Below the pieces are notes generated by a model. The model saw only the letters and a list, made by a program, of their open reading frames with translations. It did no database searches and had not been told where the DNA came from. Both the position numbers and the translations under genes were made by a program. From Ruminococcus sp. (GTDB lineage Bacteria; Bacillota; Clostridia; Oscillospirales; Ruminococcaceae), in the NCBI GenBank assembly GCA_015066925.1, contig SVNL01000004.1:175-64174 (forward strand): a stretch of DNA of 64,000 nucleotides, in the 5' to 3' direction. Positions 9,777 to 19,790 of the stretch are shown piece by piece. Within the stretch, counting starts at the first letter, position 1. Each line of letters opens with the position of its first letter.

Positions 9777-10734
9777 AGAAATTCAGACCGTCGCTGATAT
9801 ATGAATTACCCTTATCATCGAAAGCAGCTATTTTGTACAAATCGGAATTAAGATGCTTATTAATATTACCGGTTCCCTCAATCAGAATTTTGGTTGAAAG
9901 ATAGTCTGACATTATACCGCTGTCACAAAAAACCGTTACAGAAGTAAGACTGCTTTTTGTGGGATAGCCTGTTGAGAGGTCGATGATATGGCAGTAATCG
10001 ACGCCGTCTACTGTGAAAAAACGTTCGTATCCTCCTGATGTTGAAAGAAAGCAGGCTTCGGTTTCAACTGTACCGAGAGTACCGTTGCCGTCAGGATTTC
10101 TTATCTGCACCTTGAATTTGCTGTTATCAGGCTTTGAGCCGTACAGAAGTACGGAAGACGTCATAGAAATAACAGCGTAATCTGAATTTTTATTGCTGTC
10201 GAGCATATCCTTGCATAAATCGAGTGCATATCCCTTTGCGAAAGCACCGGAATCGAGAATACAATTATCCTTGAGGGTTACAGTGTTGCCGTTGTCGAAG
10301 CAAATTAAATCGTCACCGATATTGCCAAGAGAGCTTCGGATTGCAGATATATCGGGCAGTTTTTTATCGTTCTGAGCCTTTTTCCACAGCATAGTAACCG
10401 AGCCGCCCGAAAGCATAATTTCGTTTCCGTATTCAGCGGAAAGAGAGGTTGATTTTTTAATGAAATCATATAAAGTATCCGAACATTCAACAGAACGCTT
10501 TTCGTTTAGTGAAGCTATTTCGCCGTCTTTAGAAAAACAGTCCAAAGCCGTATCGACACGGCTCAGGACTGAACAAATATTATTGATATCGTCTTTATCT
10601 GCACTTACAGAGCAAATCGTATCCATAACGAAAAGCTCGGAAGAAGCGTTGTTTGTTTTATTGTCAAAAGAACACGAACAAAGCAATAAAAACGCTGACA
10701 GCAAAGAGTAGAATGAAATATTTTTAAAAAACAT
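9766..10734 (-). CDS. apbE: FAD:protein FMN transferase, lipoprotein
   Basis: Lipobox-like LLLCSC, LDSGAFAKGYALD, STSGGYERFF, HIIDLSTGYP. Confidence 0.88.
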   Translation of the reverse strand: MFFKNISFYSLLSAFLLLCSCSFDNKTNNASSELFVMDTICSVSADKDDINNICSVLSRVDTALDCFSKDGEIASLNEKRSVECSDTLYDFIKKSTSLSAEYGNEIMLSGGSVTMLWKKAQNDKKLPDISAIRSSLGNIGDDLICFDNGNTVTLKDNCILDSGAFAKGYALDLCKDMLDSNKNSDYAVISMTSSVLLYGSKPDNSKFKVQIRNPDGNGTLGTVETEACFLSTSGGYERFFTVDGVDYCHIIDLSTGYPTKSSLTSVTVFCDSGIMSDYLSTKILIEGTGNINKHLNSDLYKIAAFDDKGNSYISDGLNFYEN

Positions 10735-10803
10735 AAAAAACTCTTTTAATTTAAACAAAAAAATGTTATAATTAATATATGTGCGTAAGATTTGCAGATA
10801 TAA

Positions 10804-11496
10804 CTACTTGCTTCTGGTTTTTGTAATTCTGTCTTCACTGAGCTTAATGAGATTAAGAAGTGAGGAAGAGTAAGGTGCATAATCAACCTGAAGGGTTGTG
10901 GTTGTAACGTAAAGCGTATCGAAGTTGAGTACGCAGTCGTTATCGTCAAGTGCAATACCGCTTGAAGCGGCCTTGATATCTGCTTCGTTCATAGAAATAA
11001 TGGCATTAGCACTGTCGTTTGCAATAACCTTAGGAACCTTGAACAGCTTCTGGTCGTTTTTTGGATTAGCGTTATAAACGATTCTGAAAAGCTTATAGAC
11101 AGATAGCATAAGGTAAGAAGAAACCTCTTTGATAAGAGTTATACTGTTTGCTTTCTGTGCGAGAGAGAACAGAAGACTTATTGAATTATTGATAATTTTT
11201 CTGTTGAAATTAATAATTTCAGGTGATGGCATTTTGTTATTTCCGTCATCATCGGGGATATCGTCGATAGTAATAGTTTTTCCCTCAGGTTCAGGTGTTC
11301 TGCCGAGAAGATAATCGCATGAAACGTTGTAATAATCAGCGATTCTTACGAGAAAGTTAAGACCGCATTCTCGGATACCTTTTTCGTAGTGTGAAAGCAG
11401 AGCCTGAGAAATTCCGAGGTCTGCAGCGGCTTGCTTCTGACTGATCTGACGCTCCTTACGCTGTAAAGTAATAATTCTGGCGAAATCTGAATTCAT
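10804..11496 (-). CDS. XRE-family HTH transcriptional regulator with C-terminal domain of unknown function
   Basis: ISQKQAAADLGISQALLSHYEKG..IADYYNVSCDYLLGR. Start MNSDF after the ggagg RBS. Confidence 0.85.
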   Translation of the reverse strand: MNSDFARIITLQRKERQISQKQAAADLGISQALLSHYEKGIRECGLNFLVRIADYYNVSCDYLLGRTPEPEGKTITIDDIPDDDGNNKMPSPEIINFNRKIINNSISLLFSLAQKANSITLIKEVSSYLMLSVYKLFRIVYNANPKNDQKLFKVPKVIANDSANAIISMNEADIKAASSGIALDDNDCVLNFDTLYVTTTTLQVDYAPYSSSLLNLIKLSEDRITKTRSK

Positions 11497-11588
11497 TTTT
11501 TTACCTCCCTTTGTTTTGTAATACATTGATATACGATAAATTGATAGAAAAGTCCAACCAATTAATAAACAAATACTTTAACATTTAT

Positions 11589-11617
11589 ATTATAATACAA
11601 ACTGTATAATATGTAAA
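11589..11617 (-). promoter_or_regulatory. Candidate SigA promoter for the XRE regulator
   Basis: TTTACA-17 nt-TATAAT on the minus strand. Confidence 0.5.
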
Positions 11618-11769
11618 GATGGAGAAATATCGAACTTTTCGTAAAAAAATGAACAATCTTTGTACATTTTGGCAGATGATAAAAAATTAAAGCTTATTTT
11701 TGGTGGTTTTTAACAATAAAATATGCTCTTGTCAGCAATAAAAATACAAACGTAATATAAGGAGGAAAA

Positions 11770-12411
11770 ATGAAAGGTTACAGAATAAGTCTAATAAGGC
11801 ATGGTCTTACGAAAGCGAATGAAAACGGAATATATATAGGAAGAACGGATTATCCGCTTTCATCAAAGGGCGAAAGTGAGCTTTGCAGTAAAATGGAGGA
11901 GTATGAATATCCAAAAGTTCACAGAGTATATTCATCACCGCTTAGAAGATGTACCGAAACGGCTGAAATACTTTTTCCAGATACAGAAATGTGCATAGTC
12001 GAAGACATTACAGAGCTTAATTTCGGGGAATTCGAAGGAAAAAGCGTAGACGACCTTATTAATCGTGAGGATTATAAGGAATGGCTTAAAGGCGGACTTG
12101 AAAAAAGACCTCCGAATGGTGAAAGTATGGAGGAGCTTTGTGTACGCACATATAAAGCACTGAATGAAATTGTAATGGATATGATGAACGACGGAATTAC
12201 ACATAGTGCGGTTATAACTCATGCAGGAATTATCTCGAATATGCTTTCATGCTTTGGACTTCCGAAGGTAAATCCGAAAGAAATATCATGCCCGTCAGGC
12301 GAAGGCTTCGAAATAATTGTAACAGCTAAGATGTGGCAGCAGTCGCAGGCATTTGAAATTCTGGGTGTTGTGCCTTATGACCGTATTGACAATGGATTTT
12401 TAGATGAATAA
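11770..12411 (+). CDS. Histidine phosphatase family protein (CobC/GpmB-like)
   Basis: LIRHGLT, SSPLRRC, ELNFGEFEG, VITHAG. Confidence 0.88.
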   Translation: MKGYRISLIRHGLTKANENGIYIGRTDYPLSSKGESELCSKMEEYEYPKVHRVYSSPLRRCTETAEILFPDTEMCIVEDITELNFGEFEGKSVDDLINREDYKEWLKGGLEKRPPNGESMEELCVRTYKALNEIVMDMMNDGITHSAVITHAGIISNMLSCFGLPKVNPKEISCPSGEGFEIIVTAKMWQQSQAFEILGVVPYDRIDNGFLDE

Positions 12412-12448
12412 TTGAGAAAATTTGCCTTATAATACGTTATGAGGTGAT

Positions 12449-13330
12449 TTGATGAAAACGGCTCAGCTTACAGAATACAGCCGAGAGGTATTAAAAGGCA
12501 GACAGATACGTTCTTTTGCATATGCGGCGGGAGTGATAGGAATACCGTTGTCTTTTCGGCTTGCAGAGGCGGCAGGAGCAAGTATAATGCTTTACTGCAC
12601 CGATATAAAACCGACAGAGCTTTTTTTCTCAGATAACAGAATATGGCATATATTTACTATAATATGTGCTTTGCTTAAATATATGGCGTCAGCTCCCGTA
12701 ATTCTGGCGGCGGCAGGCTGGTTTACGTCGGTATGTGATATTGACGGCGAGAAAAGCTTTCACAGCTTGTCCGAAATTCTTTCTGATTACAAAATACTCA
12801 GAAAAAGCATAGTCACTATGCTTCTTACAAAATTCATTCTTGCCTTATTCTTTCTTCCGTGCGGAGTATTTATCGGATTTGCGTCTGAAATGCTGTTAAG
12901 CGGAAGCAGCAGCGGAATTTTTTACGGAATTCATTGTGTATCAATGACCTTGTTTTCACTTGGAATGTGGATATGGGCGACACTTGGAGCAGCCGCAGTA
13001 CCATTTGTAATGGCAAAGAATGCAAAAGAGAATGTTTTTGCTTTGATAATGAAATCGTTCAGAGTAATGAAAGGACGCAGAACAGGACTCATCAGGCTTA
13101 TTGCGGTTAAGGGGCTTCCTTTGCTTGCGATAGTGACAATACCTTTTATGCTCGGCAGTTTTTTTACAACGATTTCGCTTTATATAAATATATGTATCAA
13201 GGAGGCGGAATATGATGAATGGGTTAAGGTGCAAAGTAAAAACGAAAACGCCGATAACTCTTCAAAAATATCTGCTTGGAGAGATAGGAATTTCAAAACG
13301 TCTGCTGACGAAGCTGAAGCGGCAGAATAA
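12449..13330 (+). CDS. Hypothetical polytopic membrane protein (DUF975-like)
   Basis: Several hydrophobic segments; ...SFRVMKGRR.. pattern recalls DUF975. Tail overlaps rluA. Confidence 0.55.
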   Translation: MMKTAQLTEYSREVLKGRQIRSFAYAAGVIGIPLSFRLAEAAGASIMLYCTDIKPTELFFSDNRIWHIFTIICALLKYMASAPVILAAAGWFTSVCDIDGEKSFHSLSEILSDYKILRKSIVTMLLTKFILALFFLPCGVFIGFASEMLLSGSSSGIFYGIHCVSMTLFSLGMWIWATLGAAAVPFVMAKNAKENVFALIMKSFRVMKGRRTGLIRLIAVKGLPLLAIVTIPFMLGSFFTTISLYINICIKEAEYDEWVKVQSKNENADNSSKISAWRDRNFKTSADEAEAAE

Positions 13331-14069
13331 CGGAATAACCCGAAACGGCGAGCTTGTCCGCAGTATAGATATGGTCTATGACGGCGATGAGATAATTTTA
13401 AAGCTTGAGGATTCAAGCTTTCTCGAGCCTAATGGAGAGCTTGAAGCGGTAATAGCATATGAAGATGAAAATGTTGTAATATTCAATAAGCCAAGCGGAA
13501 TGCCTGTGCACCCGTCTATAAAGCATCAGGGCGATACGTTGGGGAATTATTTTGCATATCTTTATCCCGAGCTTACGTTCAGACCGATAAATCGTCTGGA
13601 TAGTGATACGTCGGGACTGTGTGCTGTTGCGAAGAATGCTCATAGTGCAAATTTGCTTCAGGGCAATATAGAAAAAGTGTACTACGCCGTTGCTGAGGGG
13701 ATTATCGAGGAAGAGGGCGTGATAGAAGCTCCCATTGCACGTGTGCAGGAATCAATAATTGTGAGATGTGTGAGCGAGGACGGTCAGCGAGCCGTAACTC
13801 ATTATAAAAGACTTGCGCATAATGAAAGGTTTTCGTTTGCTGAAATTCATCTCGAAACAGGGCGTACTCATCAGATAAGAGTTCACTTTTCGCATATCGG
13901 ACACCCACTTGCGGGAGATGATATGTACGGCGGAGGACTTGATTTCATAAATCGTCAGGCACTTCATTGCGGAAAAATGATTTTTACCGACTATGTAAGC
14001 GGAGAAAAAATAACAGTTGTCGCTGAAATCAGCGAGGATATAAAAATATTATTTAATGGAGGTATATAA
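13212..14069 (+). CDS. RluA/RluD-family RNA pseudouridine synthase
   Basis: S4-like N-terminus, NKPSGMPVHP, NRLDSDTSG, LETGRTHQIRVH, GHPLAGD; ggagg RBS. Confidence 0.92.
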   Translation: MMNGLRCKVKTKTPITLQKYLLGEIGISKRLLTKLKRQNNGITRNGELVRSIDMVYDGDEIILKLEDSSFLEPNGELEAVIAYEDENVVIFNKPSGMPVHPSIKHQGDTLGNYFAYLYPELTFRPINRLDSDTSGLCAVAKNAHSANLLQGNIEKVYYAVAEGIIEEEGVIEAPIARVQESIIVRCVSEDGQRAVTHYKRLAHNERFSFAEIHLETGRTHQIRVHFSHIGHPLAGDDMYGGGLDFINRQALHCGKMIFTDYVSGEKITVVAEISEDIKILFNGGI

Positions 14070-14071
14070 AA

Positions 14072-14539
14072 ATGAAAAGAATAAAAAGCTTTGAGGTTGA
14101 CCATACAAAATTTGGTGTGGGAATGTATATTTCACGAATTGACGGGGATATTACTACATATGACGTAAGAATGGTAAAACCTAACGGTGGAGTTTACCTT
14201 GAATACGGTGCTATTCACACAATTGAACATCTTTTTGCTACTTATGCGAGAAATACGGAATTTTCTGACAGCATAATATATGTAGGACCTATGGGCTGCA
14301 GAACAGGCTTTTATTTTCTCACAAGAAATCTTGCTCCTGAAACAGCAATAAAAATAGTAAGAGATGCATTTGAATTTATTGCGGATTATAATGGAGAAAT
14401 CCCGGGAGTCAGCGAGGCTGAATGCGGAAATTACAGAGAGCACGACCTTGATGGTGCAAAAAAATCTGTTGTTCCGTTTATTAAAGCAACAAAGGGCTAT
14501 ACAGCGGAAATGCTTGAGTATAATTACCACATAAAATAA
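14072..14539 (+). CDS. luxS: S-ribosylhomocysteine lyase
   Basis: SFEVDH, HTIEHL, GPMGCRTGFY, ECGNY. Confidence 0.95.
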   Translation: MKRIKSFEVDHTKFGVGMYISRIDGDITTYDVRMVKPNGGVYLEYGAIHTIEHLFATYARNTEFSDSIIYVGPMGCRTGFYFLTRNLAPETAIKIVRDAFEFIADYNGEIPGVSEAECGNYREHDLDGAKKSVVPFIKATKGYTAEMLEYNYHIK

Positions 14540-14661
14540 GGAAATAATAAAAAAACACTTTTATTTTTCAATGATATATGATATAATATGTTTCATTGAC
14601 GCTTAGTTTGAAAGATGATGAAAGAGAATGCGTCAATAATCTGCTGAAAGGAGCTGTGATA

Positions 14662-16473
14662 ATGGATAACGGAAATACGGATAATATTCCCGGTCTTGAA
14701 TCAGAAGCGGAATCGGAAAAAAATACGATTACCGATCCTGCTGTTTTGAATTTACAGAATTACAGTCATTCAGATAGAAGCATTTTAAAAAGACTTGTGA
14801 AAGCGTTGACAGCTTTTATGGTGAAAATAGGTGTTGACGGAACTAAAACTGCTGTAAAACTTATACTGCTGGTTTTAAAAATACTCAGCGGAATATGGTT
14901 TGTTATAACAGATGTGTTCAGCAGTGTGTGGGGACTGGCAAAGATTGTCTTTGCTCACGTTAAAAACGCTTTCAAGAAAAGAAATGATAAAACACTTGCT
15001 CTTCAGCGTTCTGTGCGTGAGGCACGAAAGCTGAGTGGAAAAGAAAAATATCTTCTTCTTATAAAAAGTGTGATAAGATATCTCTTTGGTGTGGACGGAA
15101 TGTTCTATACGGCATTCAACTATGTTCTTCCGATAATATCTGTTGTATTTTTTCTTGGAGTTGTAAAGCTGGGTTCAGGTTTTGAATACGGTATATGCGT
15201 TGAATATAACGGGAAGCAGATTGGTGTTATTACAGAAGAAGCTGACCTTGACGTTGCTACAAGAGAAGTCCGTCAGAGAATGGAATACGTTGACGGAGTT
15301 GATATGGAACTGAGTCCTAAGCTTTCAATCAAGATTGTGTCAGAGGACGAGCAGTATTACAATTCGGTTCAGCTGGCGAATAAGCTTTTGAGCGAATCGG
15401 ATTACGAGCTTACGGAAGCATACGGAATTTATATTGATGACGAATTTGTCGGTGCTGTAAAGGATAAAACTCCGTTGGAAAATGCACTTACGGATATTCT
15501 CGTTAACTATAAGGCTGACGGAAATGTAAGGAATATTAGATTTAAGAATGAGGTTGAATACAGATACGGAACTTATCTCGAAAAGAGTGTTATGACAGAA
15601 GAGGCGGCTATCTATAAGCTTACCGCAAGTAATGAAAGACATACAACCTATGTTGCTCAGAAGGGCGACTCGGCTGAGGTAGTGTGCCAGAAGTTCAATA
15701 TGCAGCTTGATAAGTTTTATGAGCTTAATCCTAATGTTGGCGATAATTTTGTTCAGGGAAACATTCTTAAAGTAGTTGAAAGAGAAAGTGTTCTTCCGAT
15801 AGAGTATACACGTGACCTTGAAACTATAACTTTTATTGAATACTCAACAGTCGAAATAGAAACAAGCTCACTTAATGTCGGTGACAGAGAAATTCTCGTA
15901 AAAGGCGAGCGTGGAGAAAGACGTAACAATGTAGAGATTACTTATATAGACGGAATAGAGCGTTCAAGAACAGTAGTCAGCTCTGAAGTTACAAAGAAGC
16001 CTGTTGTTGAGCAGGTTGGCGTCGGAACTTATCTTGCAAAGCCTTCAAGTTCGTCTACTAAGCTTTATGGCACGGGAGAATTCGGCTGGCCTGTTGACGG
16101 AGGATATGTAAGTGACCCATTTCTCAGCGACAGAAATCATAAAGGACTTGATATTGCGGCACCTGCGGGAACTGATATTTACGCCGCAAAAGAGGGTGTT
16201 GTTGTTTCGGCAGGCTGGAATCCCGGAGGATATGGCTATTTCGTAATGATTGAGCATCAGGACGGATATGAAACTGTCTATGCGCATTGCAGTATGCTTT
16301 ACGTTACTTCGGGGCAGTACGTTTCGAGAGGACAGCTTATAGGTGCAGTCGGAAATACGGGTAATTCATATGGAAATCATCTTCATTTTGAGGTGCGTTA
16401 TCTTGGTATGTGCTATGACCCTGCGGCATTTATAAACACTGTAACCTATGCAGATGACAAAAAAGAAGAATAA
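14662..16473 (+). CDS. Membrane-anchored M23 peptidase with LysM and G5 domains
   Basis: TM segments, LysM-like YVAQKGDS..LNP, G5-like VKGERGE..VVEQVGVGT, M23 HKGLD, YAH and HLHFEV. Start uncertain. Confidence 0.85.
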   Translation: MDNGNTDNIPGLESEAESEKNTITDPAVLNLQNYSHSDRSILKRLVKALTAFMVKIGVDGTKTAVKLILLVLKILSGIWFVITDVFSSVWGLAKIVFAHVKNAFKKRNDKTLALQRSVREARKLSGKEKYLLLIKSVIRYLFGVDGMFYTAFNYVLPIISVVFFLGVVKLGSGFEYGICVEYNGKQIGVITEEADLDVATREVRQRMEYVDGVDMELSPKLSIKIVSEDEQYYNSVQLANKLLSESDYELTEAYGIYIDDEFVGAVKDKTPLENALTDILVNYKADGNVRNIRFKNEVEYRYGTYLEKSVMTEEAAIYKLTASNERHTTYVAQKGDSAEVVCQKFNMQLDKFYELNPNVGDNFVQGNILKVVERESVLPIEYTRDLETITFIEYSTVEIETSSLNVGDREILVKGERGERRNNVEITYIDGIERSRTVVSSEVTKKPVVEQVGVGTYLAKPSSSSTKLYGTGEFGWPVDGGYVSDPFLSDRNHKGLDIAAPAGTDIYAAKEGVVVSAGWNPGGYGYFVMIEHQDGYETVYAHCSMLYVTSGQYVSRGQLIGAVGNTGNSYGNHLHFEVRYLGMCYDPAAFINTVTYADDKKEE

Positions 16474-16528
16474 ATAAAATATCATAATTTATTTACAAAA
16501 AATTTACAAATAAATTTCACCGCACTTC

Positions 16529-16557
16529 TTGTAAAATGTGGCTTTATGTGCTATAAT
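16529..16557 (+). promoter_or_regulatory. SigA promoter of the S10 operon
   Basis: TTGTAA-17 nt-TATAAT with TG extension. Confidence 0.75.
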
Positions 16558-16564
16558 TAACAAG

Positions 16565-16689
16565 TCGAGTGCGGTGATTGCGTATTCGGCTGATTGCAAC
16601 AAGATATGCGTTGAAGCAGAAGGTTGCTGACGGTTTGTCAGGTAATTTCTGTGGAGTATGTCCGATTTAAAACCGGGCGAAAGGGAATA
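16565..16689 (+). promoter_or_regulatory. rpsJ (S10) operon leader RNA, putative r-protein autoregulatory element
   Basis: GAAGCAGAAGGTTGCTGAC..GTCAGGTAATTTCTGTGGAGTATGTCC..GGGCGAAAGGG resembles, from memory, the conserved Firmicutes rpsJ leader. Confidence 0.65.
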
Positions 16690-16761
16690 ATGAACACAGT
16701 TTGTGGTGTATGGTTTACAGCTTGCGTATGTAATAGCTATGCCCTTTTTGTGTCTTATTGA
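16690..16761 (+). CDS. Candidate 23-aa leader peptide MNTVCGVWFTACVCNSYALFVSY
   Basis: ATG after aaaggga; stop 8 nt before a terminator hairpin. Translation is unproven. Confidence 0.45.
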   Translation: MNTVCGVWFTACVCNSYALFVSY

Positions 16762-16769
16762 GTTCTTTG

Positions 16770-16803
16770 CCCGAAAATCAGAATTGCGATTTTCGGGTTT
16801 TTT
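16770..16803 (+). terminator. Intrinsic terminator/attenuator inside the S10 leader
   Basis: cccgaaaatc-agaattgc-gattttcggg followed by tttttt. Confidence 0.75.
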
Positions 16804-16884
16804 AATTAAAGGAGCTACGAAACACACGGAAACGTGTTGTGGGAATTCCCGCCCCCATAAAAAATCTCAAGGAGGCGAAATATA

Positions 16885-17199
16885 GTGGCAGTCAACGAAA
16901 AAATCAGATTCAAGATTAAGGGATACGATCACGCTACTGTTGATATTGCAGCAGCTAAGATCGTTGAAGCAGCTAAGAGAAGCGGTGCCAGAGTTTCAGG
17001 TCCGATTCCACTTCCAACAGATAAGGAAGTTGTTACAATTCTCCGTGCTGTACACAAGTACAAGGATAGCCGTGAACAGTTCGAAATGAGAACTCACAAG
17101 CGTCTTATCGATGTTTTAACACCAACAGATAAGACTTCAGCTGCTCTTGAAAAGCTTGAAATCCCTGCAGGCGTAGACGTAGTAATGGAAGTTAAGTAA
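16885..17199 (+). CDS. rpsJ: 30S ribosomal protein S10
   Basis: [22 protein letters not shown]; GTG start. Confidence 0.98.
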   Translation: MAVNEKIRFKIKGYDHATVDIAAAKIVEAAKRSGARVSGPIPLPTDKEVVTILRAVHKYKDSREQFEMRTHKRLIDVLTPTDKTSAALEKLEIPAGVDVVMEVK

Positions 17200-17300
17200 T
17201 TACTGCTCTATTGCAATCCGTATGTGAATACGGGATGACGGTAATCCGTCGGTCATGTTGACGAAATGTCAACCAATAACCTAACAGGAGGAAATGCGAA

Positions 17301-17933
17301 ATGCAAAAAGGTATTATCGGTAAGAAAATCGGTATGACTCAGATTTTCGATGAAGCAGGAAAAGTTGTTCCTGTAACAGTAGTAGAAGCCGGTCCATGTG
17401 TTGTAGTTCAGAAGAAAACTGTTGATAACGACGGTTATGCTGCACTTCAGCTCGGTTTTGGCGACGTTAAGGTTCAGAGAGTTAACAAGCCTATGAAGGG
17501 TCACTTCGATAAGGCTGATGTTGCTTGCAAGAAGACTCTCAAGGAATTCAGATTCGAAGATTGCGAAACACTTAATGTCGGTGATATTATCAAGGCTGAT
17601 ACTTTTACAGTAGGTGACATTGTTGATGTAAGCGGCACAAGCAAAGGTAAAGGTTTTGCAGGTGCTATCAAGCGTCACAATCAGCACAGACTTAAGGAAA
17701 CTCACGGTACAGGCCCTGTACACAGAGAAGCAGGTTCAATGGGTGCATGTTCATCACCATCAAGAATCTTCAAGGGTAAGGGAATGCCTGGCCACATGGG
17801 TGCTGAGCAGGTAACAGTTCAGAATCTCGAAATCGTTAAAATAGACGAAGAAAACAATCTCATCGCAATCAAGGGTGCTGTTCCGGGTCCTAAGGGCGGA
17901 ATCGTTTGCATCATTGACAGCGTAAAGGCTTAA
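17301..17933 (+). CDS. rplC: 50S ribosomal protein L3
   Basis: [19 protein letters not shown]. Confidence 0.98.
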   Translation: MQKGIIGKKIGMTQIFDEAGKVVPVTVVEAGPCVVVQKKTVDNDGYAALQLGFGDVKVQRVNKPMKGHFDKADVACKKTLKEFRFEDCETLNVGDIIKADTFTVGDIVDVSGTSKGKGFAGAIKRHNQHRLKETHGTGPVHREAGSMGACSSPSRIFKGKGMPGHMGAEQVTVQNLEIVKIDEENNLIAIKGAVPGPKGGIVCIIDSVKA

Positions 17934-17950
17934 GGAAGGAGGAAGCATAA

Positions 17951-18574
17951 ATGTCAACAATTTCAGTTTTTGATATGGCTGGTAATAAGGTTTCAGAAAC
18001 AGAGCTTGCAGATTCTGTTTTCGGAATTACTCCTAATGAAGCTGTTATGCACGCAATGGTTGTTAACTACCTTGCAAATCAGCGTCAGGGCACACAGTCA
18101 ACTCTTACAAGAACAGAAGTAAGAGGCGGCGGCAGAAAGCCTTGGAGACAGAAAGGTACAGGCCACGCAAGACAGGGTTCAATCCGTGCTCCTCAATGGT
18201 ATCACGGTGGCGTAGCTCTCGGCCCTAAGCCAAGAAGCTATAGCTACACACTTAATAAGAAAGTAAGACGTCTTGCAATGAAGTCTGCTCTTTCAACTAA
18301 GGTAAATGACAACAACCTCATCGTTCTTGATGCACTTACTCTTGAAAACTACAAGACAAAGACAGTTGTTGAAATGCTTAAGGCTCTCGGTGTAGAAGGT
18401 AAGGCTCTTATCGTTACAGCTGAGGCTGATAAGATGGTTGTAAAAAGTGCTGCTAACATCCCGGGCGTAAAGACTGCAGCTGTTAACACACTTAATGTAT
18501 ATGACATTCTTAACCATGACAAGTTCATCGTTGTAAAGAATGCTATCGGTAAAATTGAGGAGGTGTACGCATAA
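17951..18574 (+). CDS. rplD: 50S ribosomal protein L4
   Basis: [16 protein letters not shown]. Confidence 0.98.
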   Translation: MSTISVFDMAGNKVSETELADSVFGITPNEAVMHAMVVNYLANQRQGTQSTLTRTEVRGGGRKPWRQKGTGHARQGSIRAPQWYHGGVALGPKPRSYSYTLNKKVRRLAMKSALSTKVNDNNLIVLDALTLENYKTKTVVEMLKALGVEGKALIVTAEADKMVVKSAANIPGVKTAAVNTLNVYDILNHDKFIVVKNAIGKIEEVYA

Positions 18575-18867
18575 TGAAAGCACCACAGGATATCATTTTA
18601 AAACCTGTTATCACAGAAAAAAGTATTGATGGTCTTCAGGTTGGAAAGTACACCTTTAAAGTAGCTAAGGACGCTAATAAGCTTGAAATCGCTGACGCAA
18701 TTGAAAAGCTTTTCGGTGTTAAGGTTGCTAAGGTAAATACAATGAACTGCAGAGGCCGTGTAAAGCGCGTAGGCAGATTCGTTGGAAAGACTGCTGATTG
18801 GAAGAAGGCTATTGTTACTCTTACTTCAGATTCAAAGACAATCGAATTCTTCGATGGTATGTATTAA
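18574..18867 (+). CDS. rplW: 50S ribosomal protein L23
   Basis: [15 protein letters not shown]. Confidence 0.98.
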   Translation: MKAPQDIILKPVITEKSIDGLQVGKYTFKVAKDANKLEIADAIEKLFGVKVAKVNTMNCRGRVKRVGRFVGKTADWKKAIVTLTSDSKTIEFFDGMY

Positions 18868-18935
18868 TATTTGATTTAATCAGCAAAGGTATGGGAGTAA
18901 TGCTCCCGCGAAAACGCATTTAAGGAGTGAAATAA

Positions 18936-19769
18936 ATGGCAATCAAAACCTACAAACCGACAACTCCATCACGTCGTCAGATGACAGTAACTGATTACTC
19001 ACAGTTGTCAAAGGTTGCTCCGGAGAAGAGTCTGCTTGAACCAATGAAGAAGAAATCAGGCAGAAACAGCTACGGAAGAATTACAGTTCGCCACAGAGGC
19101 GGCGGTAACAGAAGAAAATACCGTGTTATAGATTTCAAGCGTGATAAGGATGATATCATCGCAACTGTTATGACAATCGAATACGATCCAAACAGAAGCG
19201 CATTCATCGCTCTCGTTCAGTATGAGGACGGCGAAAAGAGATATATCCTTGCTCCAAACGGATTAAAGGTTGGAGATAAGATTCAGTCAGGTTCTGAGTC
19301 AGATATCAAGCCTGGTAACGCACTTAAGCTTATAGATATTCCGGTTGGTACATTTATCCACGCTATCGAGCTTTATCCAGGAAAGGGCGCTCAGCTCGTT
19401 CGTTCAGCAGGTAATATGGCTCAGCTTATGGGTAAGGAAGATAATTATGCTCTCGTAAGACTTCCTTCAGGCGAAATGAGAAAAGTTCCTGTAACATGTA
19501 AGGCTTCAATCGGTCAGGTTTCAAACATCGACCACGAAAACGTTAACTACGGTAAAGCAGGTCGTGTTCGTAACATGGGCTGGAGACCAACAGTAAGAGG
19601 TTCTGTAATGAACCCATGCGATCACCCACACGGTGGTGGTGAAGGTAAATCACCGGTTGGACGTCCGGGACCTGTAACACCATGGGGCAAACCAGCTCTT
19701 GGTTACAAGACTCGTAAGAAGCACAACAGAACAGATAAGTTCATCGTAAAACGCCGTAACGGTAAATAA
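18936..19769 (+). CDS. rplB: 50S ribosomal protein L2
   Basis: [21 protein letters not shown]. Confidence 0.98.
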   Translation: MAIKTYKPTTPSRRQMTVTDYSQLSKVAPEKSLLEPMKKKSGRNSYGRITVRHRGGGNRRKYRVIDFKRDKDDIIATVMTIEYDPNRSAFIALVQYEDGEKRYILAPNGLKVGDKIQSGSESDIKPGNALKLIDIPVGTFIHAIELYPGKGAQLVRSAGNMAQLMGKEDNYALVRLPSGEMRKVPVTCKASIGQVSNIDHENVNYGKAGRVRNMGWRPTVRGSVMNPCDHPHGGGEGKSPVGRPGPVTPWGKPALGYKTRKKHNRTDKFIVKRRNGK

Positions 19770-19790
19770 TCTGAAAGGAGGAACTGATTA

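Noticed and set aside
16703-16885. 60-aa ORF-track ORF in the S10 leader, and the antisense 16504-16827 ORF
   Set aside because: No RBS, and both run through the terminator and RNA structures. The 16690 ATG with an RBS is the better small-ORF candidate.
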